64,000 nucleotides of DNA. Source: a phage. Within the stretch, counting starts at the first letter, position 1, and every line of letters starts with the position of its first letter. The position numbers and the translations under genes were made by a program. Shown here one piece after another: positions 46,702-56,762 of this stretch. Where the stretch lies: sequence record PQ327946.1; one strand, given 5' to 3'. The notes beneath the pieces were generated by a model. That model made no database searches. It had not been told where the DNA came from and saw nothing but the letters and a program-made list of their open reading frames with translations.

Positions 46702-47057
46702 TTTCTACATTCCTTAATAAAGTTTTCTATTGTTTCATTTTCACGTCTAGCTAGGAGTTCATTATAACTAATCATTTGAGAAGCGTAAACCTTTTTATTT
46801 TTCTTGTTATGGCTTATAAAATCATAGTAAAAATAGACTACAGTACAAAAGGATGCGATGGATGCAAAGGCTTGGGTATACCGTAAGTCCTGCCATTGGT
46901 CTGTGAATCCACCGGTGTTCCCTATAAATCCTAACACAACGCCGTCAATAAGAAATCCAACTAATCCAAAGGCAAATCCCATGCCAATACTCATAATAAA
47001 AATTAGAATGTTCTCGCCAAGAGAAGGCCATACGGTTAAGAGTTGAGGCTTTTGCAT
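46698..47057 (-). CDS. Membrane protein
   Basis: 119 aa with hydrophobic helices. Confidence 0.45.
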   Translation of the reverse strand: MQKPQLLTVWPSLGENILIFIMSIGMGFAFGLVGFLIDGVVLGFIGNTGGFTDQWQDLRYTQAFASIASFCTVVYFYYDFISHNKKNKKVYASQMISYNELLARRENETIENFIKECRK

Positions 47058-47461
47058 CTTATTTCCTTAACGAATTCCATAGCTTCTTCATATTCATACT
47101 TTTTAACAGCTTCATCATACTGAGCTTGGGCTTTTGCGCACTGAACTTTCCATTCTCTTAATCGGGCTCTGTGATGGCGTCCTTGGTACCAATATCCCAC
47201 CCAGTTAATAGGCATTAATAAAAATGGTACAATAAACGACCCGGCTATAATAAGTAAAAACACTGCATCAGACGATATAACTTTATTGGAATCTAAAATA
47301 GCTCCTATAATCATAAAGATTAAAAATGCTAAAGCTAAAATAGGGCCAAATAGTACTTCATTTGGGATTAATTTACGCTTGTATTCATACGCCCAGGGCT
47401 TACTTGGCATGTATAGGGTTGGCTTTGACATATTCTCTACATTCCATAATAAATTGCTCAA
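47036..47461 (-). CDS. Membrane protein
   Basis: 141 aa with two hydrophobic helices. Confidence 0.45.
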   Translation of the reverse strand: MSNLLWNVENMSKPTLYMPSKPWAYEYKRKLIPNEVLFGPILALAFLIFMIIGAILDSNKVISSDAVFLLIIAGSFIVPFLLMPINWVGYWYQGRHHRARLREWKVQCAKAQAQYDEAVKKYEYEEAMEFVKEIRCKSLNS

Positions 47462-48017
47462 GGATTAAATTGTTAGTGAAATTAGGACTAACAACCATGG
47501 TTTCATAAAGCGCATCAATAGCACTTAAAGCATCAACTCTTTTAAGCAAAGGCTTGCCTTCATACATAGTTTCAGAATCGACGATTAACGTAAAGTAATA
47601 TTTTTTATTATTGACCAGAACTTCTGTATCAATATAAAACATGTTAGATCTTAAAAGCTTGTCTCTAAAGCCTACGTAATCATCTGAACGTTCGCTGATA
47701 TATTCCCATTCAGTGTTTAAACAACAAACAGACCACGTAGGAGCAACGAAATCAGTGAATCTAATATCATGGTCTGCAACTAGTTTAGCAATAGCTCCGA
47801 TATCATGAATCATAATACCTGGGGCTAATAAAGATTTTCGGCGATTTGCATATTCAGTTGTCTCATAAGAAGACGACCAGTACCATTTACGTCCAGTTGC
47901 AACATGTCGTAATGAATCAACTAAAGACGTAGGTGGATTTACCTTATCTCGGAACTCTTCGAACATTGAGTCAATATCATTATTTTGGTTTCGCATGTTA
48001 ACTCCTTTATTATCCAA
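47400..48017 (-). CDS. Hypothetical protein
   Basis: 205 aa ORF. Confidence 0.45.
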   Translation of the reverse strand: MDNKGVNMRNQNNDIDSMFEEFRDKVNPPTSLVDSLRHVATGRKWYWSSSYETTEYANRRKSLLAPGIMIHDIGAIAKLVADHDIRFTDFVAPTWSVCCLNTEWEYISERSDDYVGFRDKLLRSNMFYIDTEVLVNNKKYYFTLIVDSETMYEGKPLLKRVDALSAIDALYETMVVSPNFTNNLILEQFIMECREYVKANPIHAK

Positions 48018-48045
48018 AAGGAGGACCGGAGTCCTCCGTATTATT

Positions 48046-48639
48046 TTATTTCAAAGAGTTAATATATTCTTGTACATCAGCAGAAGTGGTTTCGACACCA
48101 GCTGGAGTGCCATTGAACGTTTCAACACGAGTCAGAGTGTCTTCGATATCAACCTTAGTCAGTGCAGCGATTTCAATTACATCATCAGCCGTAGAGATAC
48201 CAAGGGCATTGGCTGCTCGAGTTTCACGAATGTATTCGAGTTTGATTGCCAGGTTCTGACGAGCATCGTCAAGTTCAACAACCTTACGAGCAATTTCAAT
48301 TCGCATAGCGGCATACCCGTCAGCTTTTGTATTAAGTTGTTCGGCCGTTCGACGATACAGAAGACCAAGCTTAGCATGCATGGTAACATCTTGTCCTTCA
48401 GCCAGGAGCTTACGAATTTCACGTTCCTTAGAAGCGGCTTGCTTGTTCTTTTCATTAACAAGTTCGCGAATACGTTTTTCTTCATTAATAGATTTAACAG
48501 AAGCCGTTTTTAGTTCTTTGATTTGGGTAATCAACTTATCTGCAGCTGCGTTATACTGTTCTTCGACAGTCAGATTTTTAGCCATAGCAGTACCCAGTTT
48601 AGTGCGGATGAATTCAACAAGTTTCTTCAGTGTGTTCAT
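48046..48639 (-). CDS. Coiled-coil protein, possibly PspA/IM30-like
   Basis: ATG at 48639 (track start is TTG); long heptad-like helical sequence. Confidence 0.4.
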   Translation of the reverse strand: MNTLKKLVEFIRTKLGTAMAKNLTVEEQYNAAADKLITQIKELKTASVKSINEEKRIRELVNEKNKQAASKEREIRKLLAEGQDVTMHAKLGLLYRRTAEQLNTKADGYAAMRIEIARKVVELDDARQNLAIKLEYIRETRAANALGISTADDVIEIAALTKVDIEDTLTRVETFNGTPAGVETTSADVQEYINSLK

Positions 48640-48661
48640 ATTATTACCTTTCAATTGGTGG

Positions 48662-48708
48662 TTTATTATCCAATGAGAGCATTATACTCTGCTCTCAAGA
48701 GTTTGTAA
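48662..48708. repeat. 47-nt promoter/stem-loop cassette repeat, copy B
   Basis: 45 of 47 nt identical to 19209..19255. Confidence 0.7.
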
Positions 48709-48709
48709 A
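48681..48709 (-). promoter_or_regulatory. Early promoter TTTACA-N17-TATAAT with inverted repeat
   Basis: Part of 47-nt repeat shared with 19209..19255. Confidence 0.55.
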
Positions 48710-48937
48710 TTATTTTTTAATCAAATTGACATAAAACTCGGCGTCTTCCGGGTGCATGCCTTCGCAGTATTCTTCAACCATGAACTTCTTAACAGCTTCA
48801 TAAGGACCACTCAGATTAAGCTCAGTTGTCCAGAACTTGGAATCTTGGACTGAATCGATACGAACTTCAGGGTGGCGGTTGCGAATAACTTCTTCGGTGT
48901 ATTCATAATCAACGACATCAATACTAACTGTAGCCAT
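48710..48937 (-). CDS. Hypothetical small protein
   Basis: 75 aa ORF. Confidence 0.4.
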   Translation of the reverse strand: MATVSIDVVDYEYTEEVIRNRHPEVRIDSVQDSKFWTTELNLSGPYEAVKKFMVEEYCEGMHPEDAEFYVNLIKK

Positions 48938-48966
48938 TTTGTTTCTCCTCTGTAGTTGATAAGTCT

Positions 48967-48995
48967 ATAGTATCACCATCTTTGGTGCTTGTACA
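48967..48995 (-). promoter_or_regulatory. Early promoter TGTACA-N17-TACTAT with hairpin spacer
   Basis: Spacer contains CACCA/TGGTG stem. Confidence 0.5.
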
Positions 48996-49004
48996 TCATT
49001 ATTT

Positions 49005-49310
49005 TTAATTTTTCCAACTTAACAACTTGTAGTGTCCTTCATTCATACGTGGTTTATCCCAAGAAATACTAATATATGATTCGCTGTCAATAGAAGTCGC
49101 CGGGTTTTTCTCTACCGTAAGACCTTCACTTTCCAGCCATTCAATAGTATTTGCGCATAAATCGGAAGAACACCTCATCGGAAACCTGCAAGATTTTTCA
49201 CCTTTAGATGCAGCGTTATACATCTTTTCTAAAATACGCTTTTGCACGTTTTTAAAAATAGTTTCAGCAGATTCTTCAGATTTTTTATTCAGTTCAGTAT
49301 AAAGACTCAT
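49005..49310 (-). CDS. Hypothetical protein
   Basis: 101 aa ORF. Confidence 0.45.
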   Translation of the reverse strand: MSLYTELNKKSEESAETIFKNVQKRILEKMYNAASKGEKSCRFPMRCSSDLCANTIEWLESEGLTVEKNPATSIDSESYISISWDKPRMNEGHYKLLSWKN

Positions 49311-49338
49311 AACATTTTCCTATGTGGTTGATAAGTCT

Positions 49339-49367
49339 ATAGTATCATGTCCTTAGAAGAAGTAAAC
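49339..49367 (-). promoter_or_regulatory. Early promoter GTTTAC-N17-TACTAT
   Basis: Consensus-like -35 and -10 with 17-nt spacer. Confidence 0.5.
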
Positions 49368-49400
49368 ATCTTTATGAAATATTTTTATGCCCTAGATACC

Positions 49401-49427
49401 AAAAAGCCCCAACCGTAAGGAAGGGGC
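49401..49427 (-). terminator. Rho-independent terminator (repeat family copy 2)
   Basis: Same GCCCC...GGGGC hairpin plus U-run as 34834..34861. Confidence 0.6.
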
Positions 49428-49433
49428 ATTCTA

Positions 49434-49898
49434 TTATTTAATTTGTTTAGCAGACCAGATACGGTCTTTAATAAGTTTTTGGATATCTTCAACATACTCG
49501 AGGCTATGAGCGTGAGGATTATCTTTGAAGCTATGTGCTCGTGCCAGTTTCCGGCCTTCTGTTTTGATTACTAAAAGCTCTTTAAGAATTGCTTCATACT
49601 TAGAAATAATTCCTTTGGCGATATTTTTTTCTTGAGCGGCTTTAGGGTCCGCTTTTGGCGTAGGTGCTTTACCTGTAGCTTTTTGGAACAATTCACCTGA
49701 TGCAGCTAGGCTTTTAAAAACTCGGCTAACAGTATTAGCATTAGTAAAACCTTCGGCTTTAAAATCTCTAATAAAACGGAAACGTTCTTCATCAGAGGCG
49801 TCTTTGTAAGAATATTTACCTGCTTGAATTGCTGCAATCGCAGCGGCTTTTACATCTGAACTAGATTGTTCAGTCAAAAATTCAGCGTATGATTTCAT
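49434..49898 (-). CDS. Internal-protein-like protein with capsid targeting sequence
   Basis: 154 aa; N-terminus MKSYAEFLTEQ; flanked by terminators. Confidence 0.5.
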   Translation of the reverse strand: MKSYAEFLTEQSSSDVKAAAIAAIQAGKYSYKDASDEERFRFIRDFKAEGFTNANTVSRVFKSLAASGELFQKATGKAPTPKADPKAAQEKNIAKGIISKYEAILKELLVIKTEGRKLARAHSFKDNPHAHSLEYVEDIQKLIKDRIWSAKQIK

Positions 49899-49942
49899 GT
49901 TGCTTTTCCTAAGTTAATTAACTTATCTATTTATTATTATAC

Positions 49943-49971
49943 AAAAAAAGCCCCAACCTTTCGGAAGGGGC
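49943..49971 (-). terminator. Rho-independent terminator (repeat family copy 3)
   Basis: Minus strand GCCCCUUCCGAAAGGUUGGGGC plus U7. Confidence 0.6.
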
Positions 49972-50024
49972 TATGCCTTGCGGCAACCTTGTCGGGGTTC
50001 CACCTGCTAAGGCAAGTGTTTGTA

Positions 50025-50048
50025 CGAAACGCCGGGATTCGAACCCGG
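50025..50048 (-). other. tRNA-like T-arm/acceptor remnant
   Basis: Minus strand CCGGG-TTCGAAT-CCCGG; no convincing D or anticodon arm found by hand. Confidence 0.3.
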
Positions 50049-50283
50049 TTATTAAGCAGTTGACACTACTCAATATTTTTAAAAGGCCATATCTCGACCA
50101 TATCCGAACGTTCCGTCAAAAACGCTACTCGGCTTACGGCAAAGATATTTCCTCGAATCGATAATTCTGTGCGCCGTTTCTGCTGTGATGTAAGGGGATA
50201 TTAACGAATCATAAAGATTTATTAAGACCAGTCCTTACACAGGGAACATCAGTCCGACGACTTGCCGGTAGCGACCCGGCTTC

Positions 50284-50628
50284 TTATTTTGGCATATCAT
50301 CAATTTGCTCTCGACGCCGACGCCATAGATTAATCGCTTCATAAACACATTCGGCATTTGGTATATGGCGGCAATAATATAATGATTCACGTTTCTGGAA
50401 CCGATGTTGCAATGGGATTTCGTTTAAAAGGTCTTTACGGTCAAAGTATTCAAAACTAGTTAACCCGGAACGATTTTTAATGAACTTCCAATGTCCAAAT
50501 TCATTTTGAACATAGATGTAATCGGCATGCTGATACAGCGAATTAATCAATCGATGAGAAATAACTGTATCATATTCGTTAAAATAAAACGTTAAATCAT
50601 GAACTACCAGATAAATATTGCCTTTCAT
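50284..50628 (-). CDS. Hypothetical protein
   Basis: ATG at 50628 with SD GAGGAAA; track extension would overlap tRNA-Arg. Confidence 0.45.
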   Translation of the reverse strand: MKGNIYLVVHDLTFYFNEYDTVISHRLINSLYQHADYIYVQNEFGHWKFIKNRSGLTSFEYFDRKDLLNEIPLQHRFQKRESLYYCRHIPNAECVYEAINLWRRRREQIDDMPK

Positions 50629-50646
50629 ATTTTCCTCACTTAAAGT

Positions 50647-50723
<77 letters not shown>

Positions 50724-50729
50724 AATATA

Positions 50730-50803
50730 TGACCCAGACCAGATTCGAACTGGTAACCTTTCCCTTATGAGGGGACTGCTGCTAACCATTGAGCTACAGG
50801 GCC
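50730..50803 (-). tRNA. tRNA with anticodon CAU (Met or lysidine-Ile), non-canonical D arm
   Basis: Acceptor GGCCCTG/CTGGGTC, T arm ACCAG-TTCGAAT-CTGGT, loop CTCATAA; 6 nt downstream of tRNA-Arg. Confidence 0.6.
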
Positions 50804-50882
50804 TAAATAACTTTCTATTATGAAAGGCACTTTAGAGCACCTTTGGTAATAGATGGTATGAATTAATAATAACACATAATTC

Positions 50883-51398
50883 TTAAAGCAAATCAATCAT
50901 TTTAACTGTTGGCAAAACGATTTCTTCTTCAATATAAGCAAATTCGACACGTTCAACTACACGCAAGAAATCATAATCATAATATTCAGAAGCATGGCCA
51001 AGAATATCAGTGAGACCTTCTGATACCAAATATTCATTCTCACGGAACAGGTCGAATACACGCGATTCGTCTTCTTCAGATTTATTACCGAGGTCGACTT
51101 CAATATCAAAGACCTTTTTAATGAATTCTGGATAAAGCTGGTCTGAGAACAGTCCTTCAACCAAGTATTCATAGATTAAAAGCGAGCAATCACTGAATAG
51201 TGTATTACCACAGTAACGTTCAGCTTTAGTACTAGAATGACGACTCTTAAATTTCTTCAAGAGATATTTAAACTGTTGGAGCTCATGCTCTTCTACACCA
51301 AATAATGTTTTGGTTTTATAGTTGTCACTGTCATTTTCCCAAGTAGTGACATCAATTACATAACCTTTAGGAATTGTACTGCCTAAACAAATATTCAT
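50883..51398 (-). CDS. Hypothetical acidic protein
   Basis: 171 aa ORF. Confidence 0.45.
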   Translation of the reverse strand: MNICLGSTIPKGYVIDVTTWENDSDNYKTKTLFGVEEHELQQFKYLLKKFKSRHSSTKAERYCGNTLFSDCSLLIYEYLVEGLFSDQLYPEFIKKVFDIEVDLGNKSEEDESRVFDLFRENEYLVSEGLTDILGHASEYYDYDFLRVVERVEFAYIEEEIVLPTVKMIDLL

Positions 51399-51402
51399 TT
51401 AA

Positions 51403-51693
51403 TCACCGTACCATATTAATGTAATTATATTCAATGCAACGTAATTTCAAAGGGTTCTTGAAAATATCATATTCAAGAGGGCCTGATTCAGTTTCAATAA
51501 AGAAATCAAAGTTAACTGTGTTAAATTTATCATCTTCACAGAGTAATTTAACCTGTGAAGACGAACGGTCGATGTAAACCTTTTCAACTTCAAAACATGT
51601 TAAAATGCCATAATCATCAATCAAGGCTTTAGCTGCTTCTTGATCATATTTATATCCATTTTCAATGGATGATACTTTCGCATAAAGAATCAT
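51403..51693 (-). CDS. Hypothetical protein
   Basis: 96 aa ORF. Confidence 0.4.
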   Translation of the reverse strand: MILYAKVSSIENGYKYDQEAAKALIDDYGILTCFEVEKVYIDRSSSQVKLLCEDDKFNTVNFDFFIETESGPLEYDIFKNPLKLRCIEYNYINMVR

Positions 51694-51695
51694 TA

Positions 51696-52079
51696 TTAAC
51701 CTTTATCAACAATAGTATGTGTATGGGCATTTACGATTTGCCACCAGTCAAAACTATCGCCAAATCGTTTTGATTTATTGTCTTCAATAATTTGGCGTAA
51801 TTCATCTTCAGTAGCGGCTTTCGCGATTAAATCAGCATATCCACCACGAGGATAATAATTATCACCTGCAAAAAGTAAAAAGTTTGGTTTAATATTATTA
51901 AACTCTTCAAGAGTAATAACTGTTCCACCAGGTTGAACAATATCTACATAACTATATCCTAATTTTTGAGCAGCATCTACTGCTTCAAGCAGGGTATCAT
52001 GAGCCCATCCAATTTGGCAATCTGGCTTTTCAGATGGATTAGCCTGATAATCCGCGTACACTTTATACATTCTATTCAC
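51696..52079 (-). CDS. Hypothetical protein
   Basis: 127 aa ORF. Confidence 0.45.
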   Translation of the reverse strand: MNRMYKVYADYQANPSEKPDCQIGWAHDTLLEAVDAAQKLGYSYVDIVQPGGTVITLEEFNNIKPNFLLFAGDNYYPRGGYADLIAKAATEDELRQIIEDNKSKRFGDSFDWWQIVNAHTHTIVDKG

Positions 52080-52257
52080 CTTTAGAAATTTTATCCATAA
52101 CGATAGCGATTAAACCGATTAGAAATGCTACTACCAATGAGATAGAATTTTCTGTTGTTGTCAGTAGTCCACAAATGAATCCTACAAACATCGAAAAACT
52201 AAAAGCCATTGAAGCAATTACTACAGCAACATTACGAATCAGTTCAGCGCGTTTCAT
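52072..52257 (-). CDS. Small membrane protein
   Basis: 61 aa, two hydrophobic segments. Confidence 0.4.
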   Translation of the reverse strand: MKRAELIRNVAVVIASMAFSFSMFVGFICGLLTTTENSISLVVAFLIGLIAIVMDKISKGE

Positions 52258-52287
52258 TTTATTATCCTCTCATGTTTTGATAGGACT

Positions 52288-52317
52288 ACTATAACATAGT
52301 CCTATCAGCATGTAAAC
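52288..52317 (-). promoter_or_regulatory. Early promoter GTTTAC-N18-TATAGT with inverted repeat
   Basis: TAGGACTA/TAGTCCTA repeat around -10. Confidence 0.45.
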
Positions 52318-52321
52318 TACT

Positions 52322-52609
52322 TTACAGAAGAGTTTTTGCAATAATTTTAAGCTGAGCTACAGAAATATGCTTAGCTTTAAACAGTGTAGTCTCTTCAGCC
52401 GGAGAGATAACAATAGTAGCGCCGTCTTTCTTAGCAGACCATCCATCACCTAAGTAAACAGTACCTTTTACTTCTTCGCCGTCAACCAGACTAATCATCG
52501 GTTTACCCTCACGTCCTTTATTTGCTTTAATAACTTCGGAAGTAAGAGTTGCTTCAGTCAGAGTAGAAACGTTAGCAACAGGTGATATAAATTCTTTATA
52601 GGTTTTCAT
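52322..52609 (-). CDS. ipI: Internal protein I-like (capsid targeting sequence)
   Basis: 95 aa, same precursor length as T4 IPI as I recall it; N-terminus MKTYKEFI; directly upstream of 57B. Confidence 0.6.
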   Translation of the reverse strand: MKTYKEFISPVANVSTLTEATLTSEVIKANKGREGKPMISLVDGEEVKGTVYLGDGWSAKKDGATIVISPAEETTLFKAKHISVAQLKIIAKTLL

Positions 52610-52643
52610 TTTATTTCCTTGAGGTCGTTTATTTGATAGGATG

Positions 52644-52673
52644 ATAGTAACACACCATCATCCTTATGTAAAC
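52644..52673 (-). promoter_or_regulatory. Early promoter GTTTAC-N18-TACTAT
   Basis: Cassette with GGATGAT/ATCATCC inverted repeat. Confidence 0.45.
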
Positions 52674-52686
52674 TGTTTTGTGAAAA

Positions 52687-53372
<686 letters not shown>

Positions 53373-53376
53373 TTTA

Positions 53377-54111
53377 TTACCTTAAGATTGTTTCAATTTT
53401 AGAATAAAGCTCTTCTAAAGAGCCGTCGTTTGTAATAACTAAATCGCCTTCTTCAATAGGCAACCCAGCTTCTGTAATATGTTTATCAGTGGATTCCGTA
53501 CCAGAGCGAACCACATGAATAACTGTAGCACCCATCGCTCTAGCGGTTTCCATTTCATGGACTTGGCGTGTATCGGTTACAACATAGTAATCGAAATCAC
53601 TTCCAATATAATCCATATAGTTTAATGCAAAAAGTTTAACCCAATACATACGGTCAAATAAATTAACGACAACATCCGTACCGAGGGCTTGCATAAGACG
53701 GCGGATTGACCATGTGTCGTTGATATTATTTATAGCTTCACGCAGGGCTTCATATGGTTTAATATCTAGATATGAATACCCACCTTCTAATGATGATAAT
53801 ACTTTAACATTATTAATTGGTAAATATTGACTTTGTAAATAAATTAGCGCTTCTTCCAATAATTCAATAACATCCAACTTATTGAGATTTAATGGTGTTT
53901 CACGGTCGTATCCAACACCTTCGAAGTATTCATATTTCAACTCAGTGAATACATCAGGATTTTCAGCATGCCTACGTCCCCAGGCTATTGCTAGAGCGTC
54001 TTTAATCGGATATGCCAATTGGTATTTTACGGATTTAAAGTTTGAATTGATGTAATCGGCAGTAGTGTCTTTACCACTACGTTTGATGCCGCTTAAAAAG
54101 ATTAGCTCCAT
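53377..54111 (-). CDS. 1: Deoxynucleoside monophosphate kinase
   Basis: 244 aa; P-loop SGIKRSGKDT; closely matches T4 gp1. Confidence 0.9.
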   Translation of the reverse strand: MELIFLSGIKRSGKDTTADYINSNFKSVKYQLAYPIKDALAIAWGRRHAENPDVFTELKYEYFEGVGYDRETPLNLNKLDVIELLEEALIYLQSQYLPINNVKVLSSLEGGYSYLDIKPYEALREAINNINDTWSIRRLMQALGTDVVVNLFDRMYWVKLFALNYMDYIGSDFDYYVVTDTRQVHEMETARAMGATVIHVVRSGTESTDKHITEAGLPIEEGDLVITNDGSLEELYSKIETILR

Positions 54112-54164
54112 AGGTTTTCCTCATATAATTTATGAATGATTATAACATACGGAGCTAGAAGCGA

Positions 54165-54749
54165 TTAACGCAAGGAAGGGTGTCTAGAAATGGATTTAGA
54201 TTCGACCGCTTGACGTGGCTGTTGAGATACAATGACTTCGCCATCCTTTTCTATCGTCATATACGCGTAGTGAATAGTTGCTACGCACGTAACGGCAGGG
54301 TCAGAGTCTTCGGTGTAACTAAATTCAATTTCACTCAAATCAGAAATCCATGGTTTATAGAAATTTGCCGTCAAAACTACTTCGGTCTTATTGTTGTTTA
54401 AAATGTGCAAAGTAACAAACTCAGGACCATCTGAGTGGGCCGTATTATGTCCGGTTATATAGTTATTAGTGCTGAGCATCCATTTATACATGTTCATCCA
54501 GGACGTCATGTCTTCATCAACTATAAATCGTACAACAAAAGGGTCATATTCAAATGTGGTGCCTGCACGCATTGCACGTCCTAACCCCATTGTGCCTGTC
54601 ACAGTTTCAACAACAGGAATTCTCACACCTGGCAATGGAGCCGTTTGGGCATTGAGCACAAAACCTGAAGTTCGTGTACTATCTGGGATATCCACAACAA
54701 AGTTTGTTATATTTGTTTGGTTAAAAATCTGTCTCGCTGGACGAGTCAT
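54165..54749 (-). CDS. 3: Tail completion / sheath stabilizer protein (by synteny)
   Basis: ATG at 54749 with SD GAGGTG; position between genes 1 and 2. Confidence 0.6.
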   Translation of the reverse strand: MTRPARQIFNQTNITNFVVDIPDSTRTSGFVLNAQTAPLPGVRIPVVETVTGTMGLGRAMRAGTTFEYDPFVVRFIVDEDMTSWMNMYKWMLSTNNYITGHNTAHSDGPEFVTLHILNNNKTEVVLTANFYKPWISDLSEIEFSYTEDSDPAVTCVATIHYAYMTIEKDGEVIVSQQPRQAVESKSISRHPSLR

Positions 54750-54851
54750 AAGCACCTCAAAAACGCTTTAATAAAAATGCAGTATAATGGTTTTAGGTCT
54801 CTTCCATTAATCCGGTTCAACAGAATATCAGAAGAACGGAAGAGAATAGAA

Positions 54852-55673
54852 TTAAGATTTCCAAACAGTATTCGCAGAGAAACGTTTTCCTTTTGACATA
54901 AACTGCTGAGTAGGTAACATGATTATGTTAGCCCAGTCTTTAGGAGCTATTTCTGTTATTGTTCCTCTAATGTGGCCTGGCAGGTATGCTTTAATCATTT
55001 TGTCAGCACCTTGAAATCCTTTCACCTTGCTCCAGTCTATCTTCAACTTTGTGTTATTAGTAATAGTAGTTGTGCTAGCATATTGCTTCAGCAATTCTTC
55101 AAGAAACTGTTGTCGTGCTTTAGGTGGGATATAGTGTAAGTTTAACCCATACATCAAATTATGTTTACCTAATCCTAAATAAATAATCAAAGGATATCGG
55201 TCCCAGTACGGCAGAGTATCTTTATGTTTAGCATCATACACGTAAGTATAAATTTTGCCTGGCGTAGGCTTGACTACTTTATGACCTTTTACACTTTTCT
55301 TAATTGTTTCAACAAACCACTTAGATGATTTGTTGTTTACTGCTGCGCCTTCATTTCTAATCTTTTCTCGTATTGAACTGCGAAACGAGTTTATCATCAG
55401 AAGTTGACGTTCTTGCTTATTGAGTTTATTTTTAGGTTTAGATTCAAGTGTTTCAATTTTCTGTGCAGTCTTAATAGATGATGCATATCTAGACATTGCA
55501 GATGTAAACGACGAGTATTTTATTCCTTTTGATTCTGCAAATGCTTTTGCAGTGATTCCTTTCTCTTTAGCTTTCTTGTATTCTAATCCTATCTCAATCC
55601 ATTTTCTTTCATTCATAGACTGAGCAATCTTAGGGGCTTGTACGCCTTCAGATATAATTTGGAATATGCTCAT
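54852..55673 (-). CDS. 2: DNA end protector protein (by synteny and length)
   Basis: 273 aa (T4 gp2 is 274 aa). Confidence 0.65.
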   Translation of the reverse strand: MSIFQIISEGVQAPKIAQSMNERKWIEIGLEYKKAKEKGITAKAFAESKGIKYSSFTSAMSRYASSIKTAQKIETLESKPKNKLNKQERQLLMINSFRSSIREKIRNEGAAVNNKSSKWFVETIKKSVKGHKVVKPTPGKIYTYVYDAKHKDTLPYWDRYPLIIYLGLGKHNLMYGLNLHYIPPKARQQFLEELLKQYASTTTITNNTKLKIDWSKVKGFQGADKMIKAYLPGHIRGTITEIAPKDWANIIMLPTQQFMSKGKRFSANTVWKS

Positions 55674-55675
55674 AA

Positions 55676-56125
55676 TTACCCCTTGTATCCGAGTTTTCTA
55701 AGACCATCCTCGGTTAGAACTCGGAATTTTATATTTCTCTTTTCAGCAACAGCTGAGGCAGCTTTCCATTTATCACAGTTCACAGACCAGGTATATATTT
55801 CATTCATATAACGTTTCTTTGCTGCAGTCGTAAGATTTGCAGGCTTAATAGGTGGTTGAGTTTCTTTCTTTGGTTTTATTTCTACAAAGAACTCTTGACC
55901 TGATGCATCCTTCATCCATATATCCATAAAGTATCGACGTTTTTTACCTTCTGCGTTACAGAAATATGGAATTACTGCTGTTTCACTACCCCATGCAATA
56001 ATTTCTGGATTTTTATCCAACCATTCGAAAAAGAATTTTTCCCAGTTTGAACGATACGTTATTTTGGTATGGTCTCCACGGTATTTTTTTAAATTTTTTG
56101 GGACCCATTTACCAGAGTAGGCCAT
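55676..56125 (-). CDS. 4: Head completion protein
   Basis: 149 aa from ATG at 56125 with SD AAGGAGG. Confidence 0.65.
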   Translation of the reverse strand: MAYSGKWVPKNLKKYRGDHTKITYRSNWEKFFFEWLDKNPEIIAWGSETAVIPYFCNAEGKKRRYFMDIWMKDASGQEFFVEIKPKKETQPPIKPANLTTAAKKRYMNEIYTWSVNCDKWKAASAVAEKRNIKFRVLTEDGLRKLGYKG

Positions 56126-56136
56126 GTTGTCCTCCT

Positions 56137-56144
56137 TATAAATA
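56137..56144 (+). promoter_or_regulatory. Late promoter TATAAATA (gene 53 direction)
   Basis: Exact TATAAATA on plus strand between divergent genes 4 and 53. Confidence 0.5.
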
Positions 56145-56151
56145 GTATTAT

Positions 56152-56159
56152 TATTTATA
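56152..56159 (-). promoter_or_regulatory. Late promoter TATAAATA (gene 4 direction)
   Basis: Exact TATAAATA on minus strand about 27 nt upstream of gene 4 ATG. Confidence 0.5.
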
Positions 56160-56186
56160 CCAATTTCATATTGGAAGGAGACTATC

Positions 56187-56762
56187 TTGTTATTTACATT
56201 CTTCGACCCAATAGGATATAGTGCTAAAACAGTTAATAAGAATGCACCTACTATTCCTATGACAGACATATTTCGTAACTATAAAGAGTACTTTAAGCGT
56301 GTTGCTGCCAATTATAGATTACGTTCTTATTATATTAAAGGCTCTCCGCGTCCTGAAGAACTAGCAAACATAATTTATGGCAACCCTCAATTATACTGGG
56401 TCCTTTTGATGTGTAATGACAACTATGATCCGTATTATGGTTGGATTACATCTCAGGAAGCAGCGTATCAAGCTTCTATTCAGAAATATGCTAATGCTGG
56501 CGGCGACCAAGTTCTTTATCATATTAATGAAAATCGTGAGAAATTTTACAATTTGGTTTCATATCCGGACGAGCCTTTAGTGTGGTACGATAAAGGTGAT
56601 GAAGCTCGTAAGTATCCGCAATATAAAGGACCTTTAGCTGCAGTAGATACTTATGAAGCGGCAGTATTAGATAATGAAAAACTTCGTAAAATAAAAATTG
56701 TTGCAAAAGAAGATATAAACTCGTTTATCACAGATTTGATTCGTGAGATGGAGATTGCATAA
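56187..56762 (+). CDS. 53: Baseplate wedge protein
   Basis: 191 aa; LFTFFDP N-terminus matches T4 gp53; TTG start with SD GGAAGGAG. Confidence 0.8.
   Translation: MLFTFFDPIGYSAKTVNKNAPTIPMTDIFRNYKEYFKRVAANYRLRSYYIKGSPRPEELANIIYGNPQLYWVLLMCNDNYDPYYGWITSQEAAYQASIQKYANAGGDQVLYHINENREKFYNLVSYPDEPLVWYDKGDEARKYPQYKGPLAAVDTYEAAVLDNEKLRKIKIVAKEDINSFITDLIREMEIA

Noticed and set aside
49973-50164. 63-aa plus-strand ORF in the tRNA-adjacent region
   Set aside because: Region is structured and non-coding in character; ORF has no SD
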